Shown here: piece by piece, positions 1-12,568 of the stretch
Numbering within the stretch: the first letter of the stretch is position 1
Layout: each line of letters opens with the position of its first letter
Assembly (NCBI GenBank): GCA_051362555.1
Contig: CM120644.1
Coordinates: 6,146,954 to 6,210,953 of the forward strand
DNA from: Lingula anatina
Lineage: Eukaryota; Animalia; Brachiopoda
Length of the DNA: 64,000 bases
Reading direction: 5' to 3'
Program-made: the position numbers and the translations under genes
Notes under the pieces: model-generated
What the model saw: the letters and a program-made list of their open reading frames with translations, nothing else
Databases searched by the model: none
What the model was told of the DNA's origin: nothing

Positions 1-1375
1 TATGTTACTGCTGTTATGTTGAATTCCCAGTAGTGATTTGCAGAATTTGTTGTGGACATGTTCAAAAGGGAATGTGTTCATAGATTTGATAGAGTTAAGG
101 TTTTTAGCAATGAGAGTAGGTCCCCAAATTTCATAGCCATATAGAAGGATGGGTTTGATTAATGTATAGAACAGTTTCAGTTTAAGGCGAATAAGACTTC
201 TTGCCGTGGAGGATAATGTTTGATTAATCATGAAGTTAGCTTTCATTGCTTTGCCTTTAACGTCATTGAGTGCACTTTTGAATGATCCACTAGACTTCAG
301 TTTGTTTCCCAAGTATGTGTATTCATTGGTGACTTCCAAGATCTCACTATTTATATTGAAGTTGATTTTGGGGGTTTTTGCCAGACTTGTTAAATACCAT
401 AATTTTAGTTTTCTTTGGTTAACTGAAAGTTTCCACTTTTTACAATATCTACCCAGGTTGTCAAGTCCTGTTTGTAATCCTTCTGCTGATTTGGATAAAA
501 TTACTAAGTCATCTGCGTATAGTAGGTGACTGATGCTGATGTCATTCAGTGTGACTGGGTGACAGGATTCTGTAAAAATATCCTTGATATCATCTATATA
601 GATATTAAAGAGCATGGGACTTAGACCATCACCCTGCTTGATGCCTTTTTCGGGTTTAAAGTGGTCTGTGAATCCTTGGCCTATTTTTACACTTAGTGTA
701 GTGGTTTGATACATATGTTTAATTGTTCGATAAAAGTTACCACCTATGTTCTGTTTGAGAATTTTATATAGCATTCCTTCTATCCATACACTATCAAATG
801 CAAACGAAAGTCAACAAAGCATGTAAATAATGTTGAGTTTTTACTTAGATAACGATTGACCAGACTGTTAAGGATGAATATATTGTCTGTTGTTCTGTGT
901 TTTGGGCGGAAGCCTGCTTGTTCGTCACTAAGTAATTTTGTTTCTTCTATAAAAGATAGTAACCTGCAGTTTAATAGAGATGTAAATAGTTTTTTAAGAC
1001 GGCTACTTACACAGACCCCCCCCCCCCCCCCCCCCCCCGTAGTTATCTGGAGACATGGGGTCACCTGATTTGAAAATAGGTTTAAGTAGGCCTTGGTTCC
1101 ATTGCTTTGGGAATATACCACTGTTTAGTATTAGGTTAAATAGTTTAGCAAGTGACTTAGCTATGTAGGGACTGGATGATTTTATAATTTTATTCGATAT
1201 TGTATCAATTCCACATGATTTTCTATTTTTCAACTTTATGGTGCCTGTTTTTATCACTTTGATTGTAAATGGATAGTCAAGTTGTTTGTTGTGGATCTCA
1301 TCTATGTTCATTTCTAGACGGTGAAGTTTTTCTATGAGAGTTCTGTCATTATTTTTGGTGTTGTTCTTTCCAAGA
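1..1375 (-). mobile_element. Degenerate non-LTR retrotransposon (CR1/L2/RTE-like LINE) reverse transcriptase fragment, cut by the left window edge
   Basis: Minus-strand fragments LKNRKSCGID, QGLLKPIFKSGD, EQAGFRPKHRTTDNIF and FTCFVDF; IKQG near 632-643 and LLYADD near 507-526. Frameshifted, e.g. at the poly-C run 1016-1038. Confidence 0.9.
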
Positions 1376-1593
1376 ATGTTGGTCGCTCATATTGAATCTG
1401 TTAGTCTGCAGATCAACTTGTTATAAAGGCCCTCAAAGAACAATCTGCCACTTGCACTGAAACCATGCAGAAACAGATGACTGTTCTTAAAACATCAACA
1501 TAGTGCCTTTCTTGGGTTCTCCAAAAGAGGTAGAGAAAAAATATCTTTTTTTTTTTCGAGATTACGTTAAAAGCAAAATCACTGTCTTTATAG

Positions 1594-4500
1594 GTGGGGG
1601 CTATGAACATACTTTCAAGATAGGTTTAACCACGGTGAAATACGTGTTTACAGATGACAGCGGTAATAGCGCCGATTTCTTCTTCAGAGTGGAAGTCCGA
1701 GGTACGTATGAAATAAGGTTCTATATTCGTTCTTTCTGTGGACACTGAGAGTTGTTTAAACAATTATAAGCACATCGTTTTACCAGAGGGGTCATGTCGA
1801 TTATCCCCCCAACCGATAAGTCCCCACACCGATACTCTCGTGCACCGTTACTCCCCCCGCACCGCTTCTCCCTCCTTGTAAAATTTTGCATTATGCGCAT
1901 CGATACGATCCAACACGGACATATTCCCGGATCGAGACATTTCATATAAAATTACCGTTATACGCGCACCCTACACCGGTATTTCACCGGATATTTGCTT
2001 CCCCGCATCTTCACTCGCCTCATTACTCTCTTTATGCAATTTTCTTTAACCGATATGTTACTAATCGTTATTATATATAAAATTATATTAAAATAGGCCA
2101 TATACATTTGGTAAGTAGGCTAGTTACAAGTTCATAATATTATTTGTCATCAATGTAAAAGTGATCTGTCCAGCACCAGTGATTGTAAAATTCATTTTTA
2201 ACATCTTTATCAAACATCGCTTATCTTTGTCAGCGACAGTGAGTTATTTATCTTCGCGATCAGTCAAAACAGACTTTGAATAAACTAGATTAATAAAAAA
2301 TAAAATGGTGTGAAATCTATATACCATAACATCTACTGAAGAAAAAAATGAAGTATACAGATATTTCTCTAAAGTCACAAAGCCGAGCTGCAAACAAAGT
2401 CTAACGTGAAAGATCAACTATATTCTAAGTTTCAAAGCTGACCAGTTTTAGTGTTTGTTTCCTTATTTTCTCACACTGTTTCGAATAAATCACTTTTGGG
2501 TCCCAAGAGGGTGGGGCACTTTTGACAAAATAGTAAAAGAGAAAGTTTTCTAACCAATCGCTTTCGGTGTCGCATTTTTAACCAAAGCCAAGGGAATTTA
2601 TGTTTAAGGGAGTAACGATGTCGGGAATTAATGGCGGACTACAGGATCAGTGGGGGAGAGTATCGGTGTTGGGACGAAAAAAGGGGGGGGTGTCCAGGGT
2701 AGTATTGTTGCGGGGGAGTATCGTTGCGGGTGGTAACGGTTCGGGGACGTATAGGGATGAAGCCTTGCCAAATACCTTTATGGGAGAAAAGGGGGGGGGG
2801 AGAGGGGTTTCCGATAATTTTATCATGAATGTGACCTTTTTAGACCTATTTAGTTATACAGTCCCTTATTTGGGGTCAGATAATGGTAGTACGTCCTGGA
2901 TCAAGCAAGTGAAGTTTTGGTGATCTGCAGCTACTGTTATTTCCGAACCGGAATCATCACTACCATTACGTGTATTATCCTCACGTTTGATTAGAAAAGG
3001 GACCTACGTGTTTAGTTTCACATCACACAAGACTGGAATATAATTTTTAAGAAGGGTATAGACTGTTAACAGGAAAGGATGGACATACAGGGTTACTATA
3101 CTTAATATGGAATGTTTTTTATCATTGTTATTTTTGAGTGCTGATTAAAAATTTCTTGGCTTGATTCATCAAAAAAGTATGTCAAGGGGTGATAAAAAAT
3201 ATCCAGTCTTCTGTTGTGAGATATTTTGGTCAATAATATCAAATCTGACATAAGATGTCATTCAAAAGAAAAGAACACCCCCAGAAAACCATATCAACAG
3301 TTTGATGTCAGTATTAATTTAAAGCCAAGATATTAAAGAAAATGATAGCCTCCGGACAGTGATATGTTACACTGTCAAAGAACTCATTTTAGCATGAAAA
3401 GTCATCAATAGCAGGTATGACCTCCAGCAGCCGCTTGCAGCGCCCTCATCCTATACGGCATACCCTGTGACAAGTTTTATAGAGTTTGGATGGGGATATC
3501 TTTCCACGCAGTGATATTTGCCTGTCGCAGTTCATTACTATTTACCGCCCGATGACCACAGCTATTAATTCTGTGAGTTACTTCCACCCACAGATTTTCA
3601 ATTGGGTTTATATCTGGGGAGTTTGCATGCCAGGGCAGTTGCTGAACCCATTGGTTTCGAAGAAAAACAGTGATTCTGCGAGCTCGATGTGGGGTTGCGC
3701 AGTCGTCTTGGTACACAAGGTTGTTCCTGAAGATGACTCTTACAAATCGAAGCATTGTTTGCTGTAGAATGTCTCTGTAGGAACCCTGGTTGAGGTTGCC
3801 TCCTAGAAAAACCAACTGGTTCTGGGCAAGGGCATGAAATGCTCCCCAAACAGAGATGTTACCACCCCCTGCTTGCACCCTACGCAGTACACAATCATCG
3901 TCTTATGCCTCTCGTACACGTCGGAGGACACGGATTCGACCTTCAACCCTAAAAAACTCCATACCTGGCCTCATCACCAAAAACGACGTGATTCCAGTGT
4001 TTTGGCTGCAAAGGCACGCGGTCACCAGCCCATTGCACCATAACCCGCTTTTAACAGTGGTTTCCCTACTGGTCTTCGTGCAAAATAACCGGCTTGCAGT
4101 AATCTCTTGTTCACAAGGGACCTTGAAACGGGCGTCTGAATGATATTCTGCCACTGTTTTCTGGGGATACTGGTTGTCTTTGTACGACCAGCATGGCGCA
4201 CTCTAAGGAGAAGGCGATCCTGTCTTCTTGGTGTGATACGCGGACAACCTGGTCGAGGTATTGGAGTAGGTGCCCCTGTTGTAGCATTTCTTTGGAGGAC
4301 TTTACTAACGGTTCCTGATAAATGTTGCATTGCCTGGCAATGGCTGCCCGTTTCTGGCCATTTTCTCTGAGAGCAAGAATCCCATAGTAAGCTGCGTTGC
4401 AAAGCTGTCGAACCATATCTTCTCTAAGGTACCTGTCAAGTTTCAGAGCGATCCCTTTGTTGCTTCTCTAAATACACTCTAAAGATTGGCCAAACCCATG

Positions 4501-5641
4501 CGTTTTTATACAAGGGCAGAAATTGCCGAAAAGACCACCATTCACATTACTGACCACAGAACGTGCAACTGCATGCACCAATTGTTTCGAGAGTTGTGTG
4601 GTAATTAGGTAACACACCTGGCTACACATGGAGTGACACCTCAGTTTTGGATTTAAAGTAGTTAGAGAGATTATAAATATTTTGTAGAAAATTAACTCGC
4701 CAAAAAATAATATTCCATATTAAGTAGTAACCCTGTATGTTAAAGTGCTTGTCATCACATCACGTGACCTCCATAGATGGTTACACTCTGTAATAATCTC
4801 TGTAGAGAATATTACAAAAAAAACTTTTTAGAAAAAAACTCTATTTTGTGTCTTTGAGTGTGGGAATGGATTCATATTGGAAAGTACGGGGAAATTGTCC
4901 TTTACCCCAGGAAAATTCATTTTTGGCCAAAATAAACAGTTGTTATCCCTTTAAAGTAATTTAATACAATCATTTCCCTTTCGCTTATTACTCCCCATGA
5001 AGATGTCCAGCCACCGACCATAACTTGCCCCAAAGTTGACCCAGTGGTGTCTCCGGACATAGCGGTCGACGTGTCCTGGGTCCAGCCGACAGTAACGGAC
5101 AACAGTGGCAAACCCGTGAGGGTGATCAGCAATATGAGTCCAGGGAAGTTATACAGGGGGCGGTACAAGGTAGTCTACGAAGCCAGAGATGAAGCTGGAA
5201 ACCGCGCAAGTTGCTCTTTCACGCTTCATGTAAGACGTGAGTGATCACCGTTTGTGTCAACTGCTTACGAAAGCATACTTTGTCTTATTCAGAAACTAAT
5301 TAATGTTTTCAACTTCAAGATCATATTTCATATAGATCTTATATTAATTATGTGAAAATACCATTGTTCAAATGCACTAACTTTGGAAACCTGCTCATTT
5401 CAGCCCCCAAGTGCCCTGATCTCCACACACCTATCAACGGAGCTGTCAGCTGTGACACTTTTGGGTTTGGAATGTTCTGTACACTCCAGTGCCAAAACCC
5501 GTACGATTTCGACTTGCCAGCCGGCATGACGTCCGTGCCAAACTACTACGCGTGTGGAGGGGGTGGAAGGTGGTTTCCATCCACTCAAGTGCCCGACTGC
5601 ACTCGTAAGTGCCAGTTTTTGATGTATTCAAGTCAAGGAAA

Positions 5642-5710
<69 letters not shown>

Positions 5711-8700
5711 CGCGCAAGAAAAGTGACCTGCAAATATTTATCAGTTTATCGTTTGAAATACACTGAATAGCATCATTATCTATTCAAAAAGTGTACATGT
5801 ATTATATTATATATTCAAAGTACTCATTACATGTTATAGGATACCAGAATCCAAATGGAAGCTTCGTTCGGACCTTATACTACGATAATGAATGCCCGGA
5901 TCCTAGGGCCCAGAAGCAAATCAAAGAAAATGGTGTGAGCTCTTTCAAAATGTCGCCTTTTGGTTCGTCATGTAATTGCGGCCTCACAGTCGATGACTTC
6001 AGAGTCATCTGCGGTGCCACCAACACCAGTGCTGTGCGTGCACCAGGTACGAGGTAAAACGTCCATTGGCGTTCCTTTAATCAGAGGAAAAAGTGTACAG
6101 TTACACTTGAGAGAAGATACGGCTATGTGATGTTTCCACAATGAAATCTCGCTCTCTCGGTAATTGGTGCTAACGGTACAGGGGATATCTGTCTTCTTTT
6201 AAACATGTGGTTGTGTATGTACTGCATGTTAGTCCAGGGGCGGATCCAGGATTATTTGAAGAAGGGGGGGGGGGGGGTTCGGAACGACAGGCCTCAGATG
6301 CGCAGCCGACAGTCGCCCCCTTGATGTAGGGTAACAGTGCCCTTTGCTACGGTTTAGAACTATGATTTAGCTAGTCAAAATTCTAATTTCAAGAGGGGAA
6401 TATTGGTGTGTCATATTTTCAGAAACCGAGGGGGGGTCAGGACCCCTCTGAACCCCCCCCCCCCTCTTAATACGCCAATGAAGTCGATGATAATAAGAAG
6501 AAAAATGATAAAAAATAAGAATAATATTATGAAGGACGGTTAATGATGAAAACCGGGGCAGCTCACAAACACAGATATTCAAAAAAAGGTTCTATAATAA
6601 TAATAATTATTATTATTATAAGCTTAAGAAAAACAACATAATACTTTGTTTTCATTTATTTTTCATTTTTTTCATAAGTATGACATTTTGGATGTACGCT
6701 TCCCATGTAAAAACCTACGTTTTTACATTTTATATTTTATATGTTATATGTTTTGAAATAATATTATATGTAAGTCCTCAAAATGATGGATCGCTTATTG
6801 TGTCTTCACGTAATTTAGACTGACTTCCCATACCTACACACACTGGACAATAGAAGTGTCACTCCCTAAATCAGAGTAAGAAAAGTAGACAGATCTTGGG
6901 TAGTTATAATGCCTAATGTAACTTCGAAAGTTTTTGACATGACAAAAACATTCGGGATGCCACAAAAATGGGTAAAAATATTTAGAATGCACTCGGAATT
7001 TTTAGAATGCTCTTCGAATATCCACGAGCGCACAAAGAACACAAATCCGACGGCATTCTTGCTCATTCCGCCTCTAGTGTGACGGGGGTATAAGCAAAAA
7101 CAATATGTGCAATATATAATAGTCCACTGAGAGAAGGGTATGTCCCAGAAGTGCGGCGATCAGCTGATGTTGTGCCCATACCAAAAGCCCCCCCCCCCCC
7201 CCCTAATCAGTTGAGGACGATCTCAGGCCCATCTCCTTGACGCCAGTGCTAGCCAAGCATATGGAGTTCACTGTAGGTGAATGGGCAAAATGTGGAATCA
7301 TTCTTGGACAAGTTCCAGTTTGGTGGGGTCAAAAGATCTGGAACAACTCATGCTTTGGTAGATATCATGCACCACTGGTTTATGGCAACTGAAGCTGGCA
7401 ACGTCGATAGAGTTCATATGATTGATTATTCTAAAGCTTTCGATCACGTTGATCATCACCTGCTCATCAATAAACTAAAAACCATAGGCTTACATAATGT
7501 GATTGTTCGCTGGATTGCCGCTTTCCTAACTAAAAGACGACAGCGAGTCAAACTGATCTTGAATATGACGCTGCTTGTGAACATAGTAAACTTAAACTAC
7601 TGAGTGAAAGACGGCTCAATGCATGCAAAAAAATTGTTTATTAAGATATCAAATGAACCGAATCATAGATTGCATTATCTTTTACAACCAAAACAAAATG
7701 TCAAATATTCATTAAGGAAACAGGAGACATTCAAAAGACCTAAAATTAAAACCAAACGATCAATGAGTGACTTTTTAACTGATAGACTTTTATTTTATTT
7801 TTAACCTTGCATTTTAGTTTATTTGTCTTAAAATTGTTTACATATGTATTTTAATATTCCTTTATTCTTATTAACTATTGGTTTTGTTCAACTATGAGCA
7901 ATAATTGTAATTATCCAACCCTCGGGGTGCAAGTTTGGTAATAATAATAATAATAATAAATGTCTTTTTTTTTAACTAGCTAGAGGTACGTACTCTTTTT
8001 GTATTGAGTAGGAGTACAAAATACTGCCGTAATGTGAAAGTCAGCAAGCACTGCCCAGTGCCATTGAATTTAACCCTTATTGCGGTAGGACTTTGAACTA
8101 CATAGGCCTACTTAACTAAAATATTCCAAAGAATTTCTTTTCAATTGATCGACACTTTTTTATTACATATTTCATCTGCCATAATTATCAATTATATGAT
8201 ACAGATAACCAAAGTCCCATCATTAGTCACCAAACAAGTGACATAACTGTCAACGCAGCTTTGGACAGTAATCAAGCGGTTGTAAATTGGGAACAAGACA
8301 AGCCAAGAGTGACAGACAACTCCGGAAAGGTTCCAAGTGTGAGACTTTACATAAGCGGACGAGAAATAAAAGGTAATAGCCAATAACGCGACTTGACCTT
8401 AATGACATTGTTCCGCCATGGTAGATTCTTGAAAACTTTATTTGTCGTTATGTATCTTGCAATTACTCATTTTAAATATAAAAAAATCACTTTCTTATAA
8501 ATTGCTCCATTTTTCCATGCTACCTGAATCCGTTGTAAAGATTTTCCAATACATTAAATAAACAATTGCTCTACCAGAGAAGTGACGAATATAATTTACT
8601 CTAAGCTGTTCCTTTTATCGTAGTAAAGGATGTAATAATCTAGTATCGGGTCACGGTAGAGAGTGAGAAAGAGAGACGCAGTATATGAAAATGATGACTT

Positions 8701-11700
8701 GGGATTGGCTGACCTTAATTCTCAAAAAAGGCCAATCGTTAACTCTGCCACTTACACTGAAGTCATGCAGAAACAAATGACTGTTCGCGAAACCCCAATA
8801 TAGTGCATTTCTCGGGTTCTTAAAAGAAGTGGCGGCCGAAGTTGAGAGAAAAAAAGTCAGATTTTTTTTTACTTAAGTCATATACAAAATCACTGTCTTT
8901 ATAGGTGGGGGCTATGAACATACTTTCAAGATAGGTGTAACCACAGTGAAATACGTGTTTACAGATGACAGTGGTAACAGCGCCGATTTCATCTTCAGAG
9001 TGGACGTCCGAGGTATGTATATAATTTGGCACTTTCTGTGTGCATAGATAGTTGTTTATACAATTATAAGCACATCGTTTTACCAGAGGGGTCATGTCGA
9101 TCCCCCCCCCAACCAATAAGTCCCTACACCGATACTCCCGTGCACCGTTACAGCTGAGCTCCCCTGAACCGCTTCTCCCTCCTTGTACTTTTTTTTTGCA
9201 TTATGCGCATCAATACGATCCAACACTGACAGATCCGGCATGTTTGCTTCCCCGCGTCTTTTCTCCCATTCGCCGTTGCTCCACCTGTGCAATTTTCATA
9301 ATACCGATATGTTACTAATCGTTATTACATTAAAAATAAGGCCATATAAATTTGAAGAAGTCGGCTTACAAGCGAGGGAGCGAATTGGAAAATAATTATT
9401 TTTTCATTTATGTGTAGGTGATCTGTCTCGCACAAGTGATTGTAAAGTTTAGTTTTAACATAGTTATCACTCATTGCTAATCTTCAACGACAGGTTATAG
9501 CAATATCCTTTATTTTGACTTGCTTAACCAGGCTGGACGTGGCACAGTTACATAAAGGTGGTACAAAACAAAAGATTTGTGCTGTTCGTTTTTGGTTTCT
9601 TCATAATGATCTCGTCGCAAACGGTGGCAGTGTGCACCGCCGTATGTGTTATATGAGTCAGGATGCAGGAATCGTGGTCTGCTAACTATGGTGACTGAGT
9701 GTGCCAGCATACTGTTTGAATTCCCCATTCATTTGTTCTACATACTGAACCCGATACCTGGATTAATCATAAGGGTCCCAGGATTTAACATTATTCCACT
9801 TGATTTGAATGATTTATGGTCTTACATTAAGCCGTAATTTTTTCGTCCTAGATTTTTAAATCAAATAGAATCTTTATAAATTGTTATTACAGAGGAATTA
9901 ACATGTTAAGTGGTTCCTAGAATCGCCCAAAGATAGTGCAAATAGTAAAACCTTTCGACGAAGAGAAAGGCGAATGGATGAAGCCTTACCAAATACCTGA
10001 ATGGGAAAAAAGGGGGGAAAGAGGGGTTTCCTTTCATTTTATCATGAATGTAACGTATTTACACGTTATTTAATTATGCAGTCCCTTATTGTGGGGACAG
10101 AGAATGGTAGAAGGTCCAGAATCTAGCAAGTGAAGTTTAGGTGATCTGCAGCTACTGTTATTTCCAAACAGGAAGCATCACTATACTAGAGCATGTATTG
10201 GCCCAATGTTTCCTTACAAAAGGGGCCTACGAGTTTAGTTTCATATCCCATAAGCTTGGAATATAATTGTTTAACACAGGTACATGTATAATCCATTCAC
10301 AAGAAAGGATTTCAATGGACATATGTTAAAGTAATACATAAAATTCCCTTGTGCTTTTTACCCCCCATGAAGATGTCCAGCCACCGACCATAACCTGCCC
10401 CAAAGTTGACCCAGTGGTGTCTACGAACAGAGAGGTCGACGTGTCCTGGGTCCAGCCGACGGTAACGGACAACAGTGGTAAACCCGTGACGGTGATCAGC
10501 AATTTTAGTCCAGGGAAGTTTTACTGGGGGCGGTACAAGGTAGTCTACGACGCCAGAGATGAAGCTGGAAACCGCGCAAGTTGCTCTTTCACGCTTAACG
10601 TAGAACGTGAGTATTCACTGTTTGTGTATCAACTGCTTACGAAAACATAATTGTCTTATGCAGAAATGAATTAATGTTTTCAACTTCAAGATCCTTATAT
10701 TAGTATACTGGTAGATTGTAAGTGTTAGCATATATCGCTTGGGACACTCTATTTGATCCGTGATACATGTGCATTATTAACAGTCAGTACAGGTATTATG
10801 CTTGGTGATGACAGTATCGGTCATTTTTATGTTTTCCCAGACCTCATATCCCTAAAAATCAGGACATATTTCATATATATCACATTTATGTGATAATACC
10901 ATTGATCAAATAAACTAACTTCGAAAACTTGCTCAATTCAGCCCCCAAGTGCCCTGATCTCCACACACCTATCAACGGAGCTCTCAGCTGTGACACTTTT
11001 GGGTTCGGAATGTTCTGTACACTTCAGTGCCAAAACCCGTACGATTTCGACTTGCCAACCGGCATGACGTCCGTGCCAAACTACTACGTGTGTGGAGGGG
11101 GTGGAAGGTGGGCTCCAACAACTCAAGTGCCCGACTGCACTCGTAAGTGCTGGTTTTTAATGCATTCAAGTCAAGGAAATAATGTTTCGTGTGTGTACAT
11201 GTAAAGTGATTGCAATCGTTTGTCAGTAGTTACAACTATGTCATAACGTTTGTAATACACGGAATAGCATCATTATAAATCCAAATAATTTATCTGTAAT
11301 GTATTAAGGTATATCTTCAAAGTACTCTTTACATGTTACAGGATACCAGAATCGAAATGAGTACCTCGTTCGGACCTTATACTACGATTATAAATGCCCG
11401 GATCCTAGGGCCCAGAAGCAAATCAAAGAAAATACTGTGAGCATTTTCCAAGAGACGCCATTTGGTTGGTTATGTAATTGCAACGTCACAGTCGAAAACT
11501 TCAGAGTCATCTGCGGTGCCACCAACACCAGTGCTGTGCGTGGAACACCAGGTACGAGGTAAAAGGTCCATTGGCGTTCCTTTACTCAGAGGAACGTCTC
11601 TTGGAAAAGTAAGAAGTAACATTTGAGGGAAGATAACGGCTATGTGATATTTCCGCATTGAAATCTCGCTCTCAGTGCTTATGGTACAGGGGATACCTGT

Positions 11701-12568
11701 GTTCTATTAAACATGTGATTTTGCATGAACAGCATGTTAGTCAAGGATAATAAGAAGAAAAAGGGATAAAATGAACATGTTAACGATAAGAAGAAGGATT
11801 ATTAATGATCAAAACCGGGGTAGCTCACAAACACAGATATTCAACAATAATTATAATAATTATTATAATTACCTACATTCCAGCATGATGCTTTTTTTTT
11901 CTTTGAAAACATAAGTATGACATGTTGGTTGTATATTAACCATATAAAATTCCACGGGAATGTTTTTATATTTGATTTTCTTTGTTTGGGGAGGAGAGTA
12001 TTACAGGGAGCAGGGTGGATATTTGCACTTGTATTTGATTTTTGGTACAATTTTCAAGTAAATGACTTAGTTCTACGCGGATTATGATCCATTTAGACCG
12101 TTATCTGTGTTACTTACAATTAAAAAAGAAACGGCAACACGGGTAATTTCATTTGAGGGGTTTATATAAAAGTTTTTCTTTATATTTATTTATTTAATTC
12201 GACAAGTTTGAATTGGGAAAGCTAAGTAGCTATGCAGGATATCTAGTCTGAAACTAACGCAGTTTCAATATTATAAACAAGACACATCTAATGTAAAAGA
12301 TTGTTCGTCTTCATCCAACTTGAAAAACATCGCCACCTTTGTCAAAACAAGCCTGAGAATAGAAATAGGTCTATATTTATATACTTTGTGTCATAGAGAA
12401 AGTCAAGTAAAATTTAAAAAATACGATTGAATATGTTTTCTTAGTTTTACCATAACTACAGAACATATTTGTATGTATTCTAGACTATAAATAAATGTAT
12501 TATTATTATTACATTACTTTGTGTTTTCAAAAGTGCGTTTTCCCATCTTTATTTCAGGTTCCAAGTAA
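1594..12568 (+). CDS. Spliced gene (5' part outside window) for an extracellular HYR/Sushi(CCP) domain protein (SVEP1/hyalin-like) with a duplicated exon module
   Basis: All exons are phase 1-1 with AG/GT and open frames: 1594-1701 (HYR C-half), 5003-5236 (HYR), 5404-5604 (Sushi), 5840-6046 (Cys domain), 8205-8372 (HYR N-half DNQSP..VTDNSG), 8905-9012, 10373-10606, 10942-11142, 11342-11551. Probable terminal exon 12558-12568 (tttcag|GT TCC AAG TAA). Could also be two tandem genes. Confidence 0.8.
1790..2720. repeat. Degenerate inverted-repeat (old MITE/foldback-like) element
   Basis: ccccacaccgatactctc (about 1822) is near-complementary to gagagtatcggtgttggg (about 2656); several caccgatactcccc-like submotifs at each end. 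The left end is also present in the duplicate at about 9090-9180. Confidence 0.45.
3088..4735 (-). mobile_element. Tc1/mariner DNA transposon (DD34E) with pseudogenised transposase
   Basis: TIRs CAGGGTTACTATACTTAATATGGAAT / ATTCCATATTAAGTAGTAACCCTG; TA duplication at 3086-3087 and 4736-4737. Frameshifted transposase about 4416->3400 with VFGDE, YQDDCATPH and NSPDINPIENLW. Empty site ggacaTAtgttaaagt in the paralogous copy at about 10317-10332. Confidence 0.95.
5644..5715. repeat. (GT)n(GC)n compound microsatellite
   Basis: About 29 GT units followed by about 7 GC units; the paralogous intron has only gtgtgtgt (about 11189). Confidence 0.95.
6235..6480. mobile_element. Short non-autonomous DNA element (MITE)
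   Basis: Ends CAGGGGCGGAT / ATACGCCAATG with subterminal poly-G/poly-C. Absent from the paralogous site (ttagtcaaggataa at about 11738); flanks tagtc/aagtc. Confidence 0.75.
7100..7960 (+). mobile_element. Truncated, internally deleted CR1/L2-type LINE relic with (AAT)n tail
   Basis: RSADVVPIPK, DLRPISLTPVLAK, QFGGVKRSGTTHALVD, IDYSKAFDHVDH and C-terminal HRLHYLL motifs; (taa)n tail at 7939-7960. Confidence 0.85.

Larger units (their letters stand above)
1443..11845 (+). repeat. Tandem segmental duplication: about 1443-6580 vs about 8743-11845
   Basis: Exons and introns align, e.g. ctgccacttgcactgaa at 1445 vs ctgccacttacactgaa at 8745, and aaaaccggg..gctcacaaacacagatattcaa at about 6550 vs 11812. 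Copies differ by TE insertions. Confidence 0.9.

Noticed and set aside
1016-1038. Long poly-C/poly-G runs throughout the window as possible G-quadruplex elements
   Set aside because: Scattered without positional pattern, often inside repeats, and homopolymer lengths are unreliable.
2600-2923. Gly-rich 107-aa ORF
   Set aside because: Arises from the G-rich arm of a degenerate repeat; no domain, and not conserved in the duplicate.
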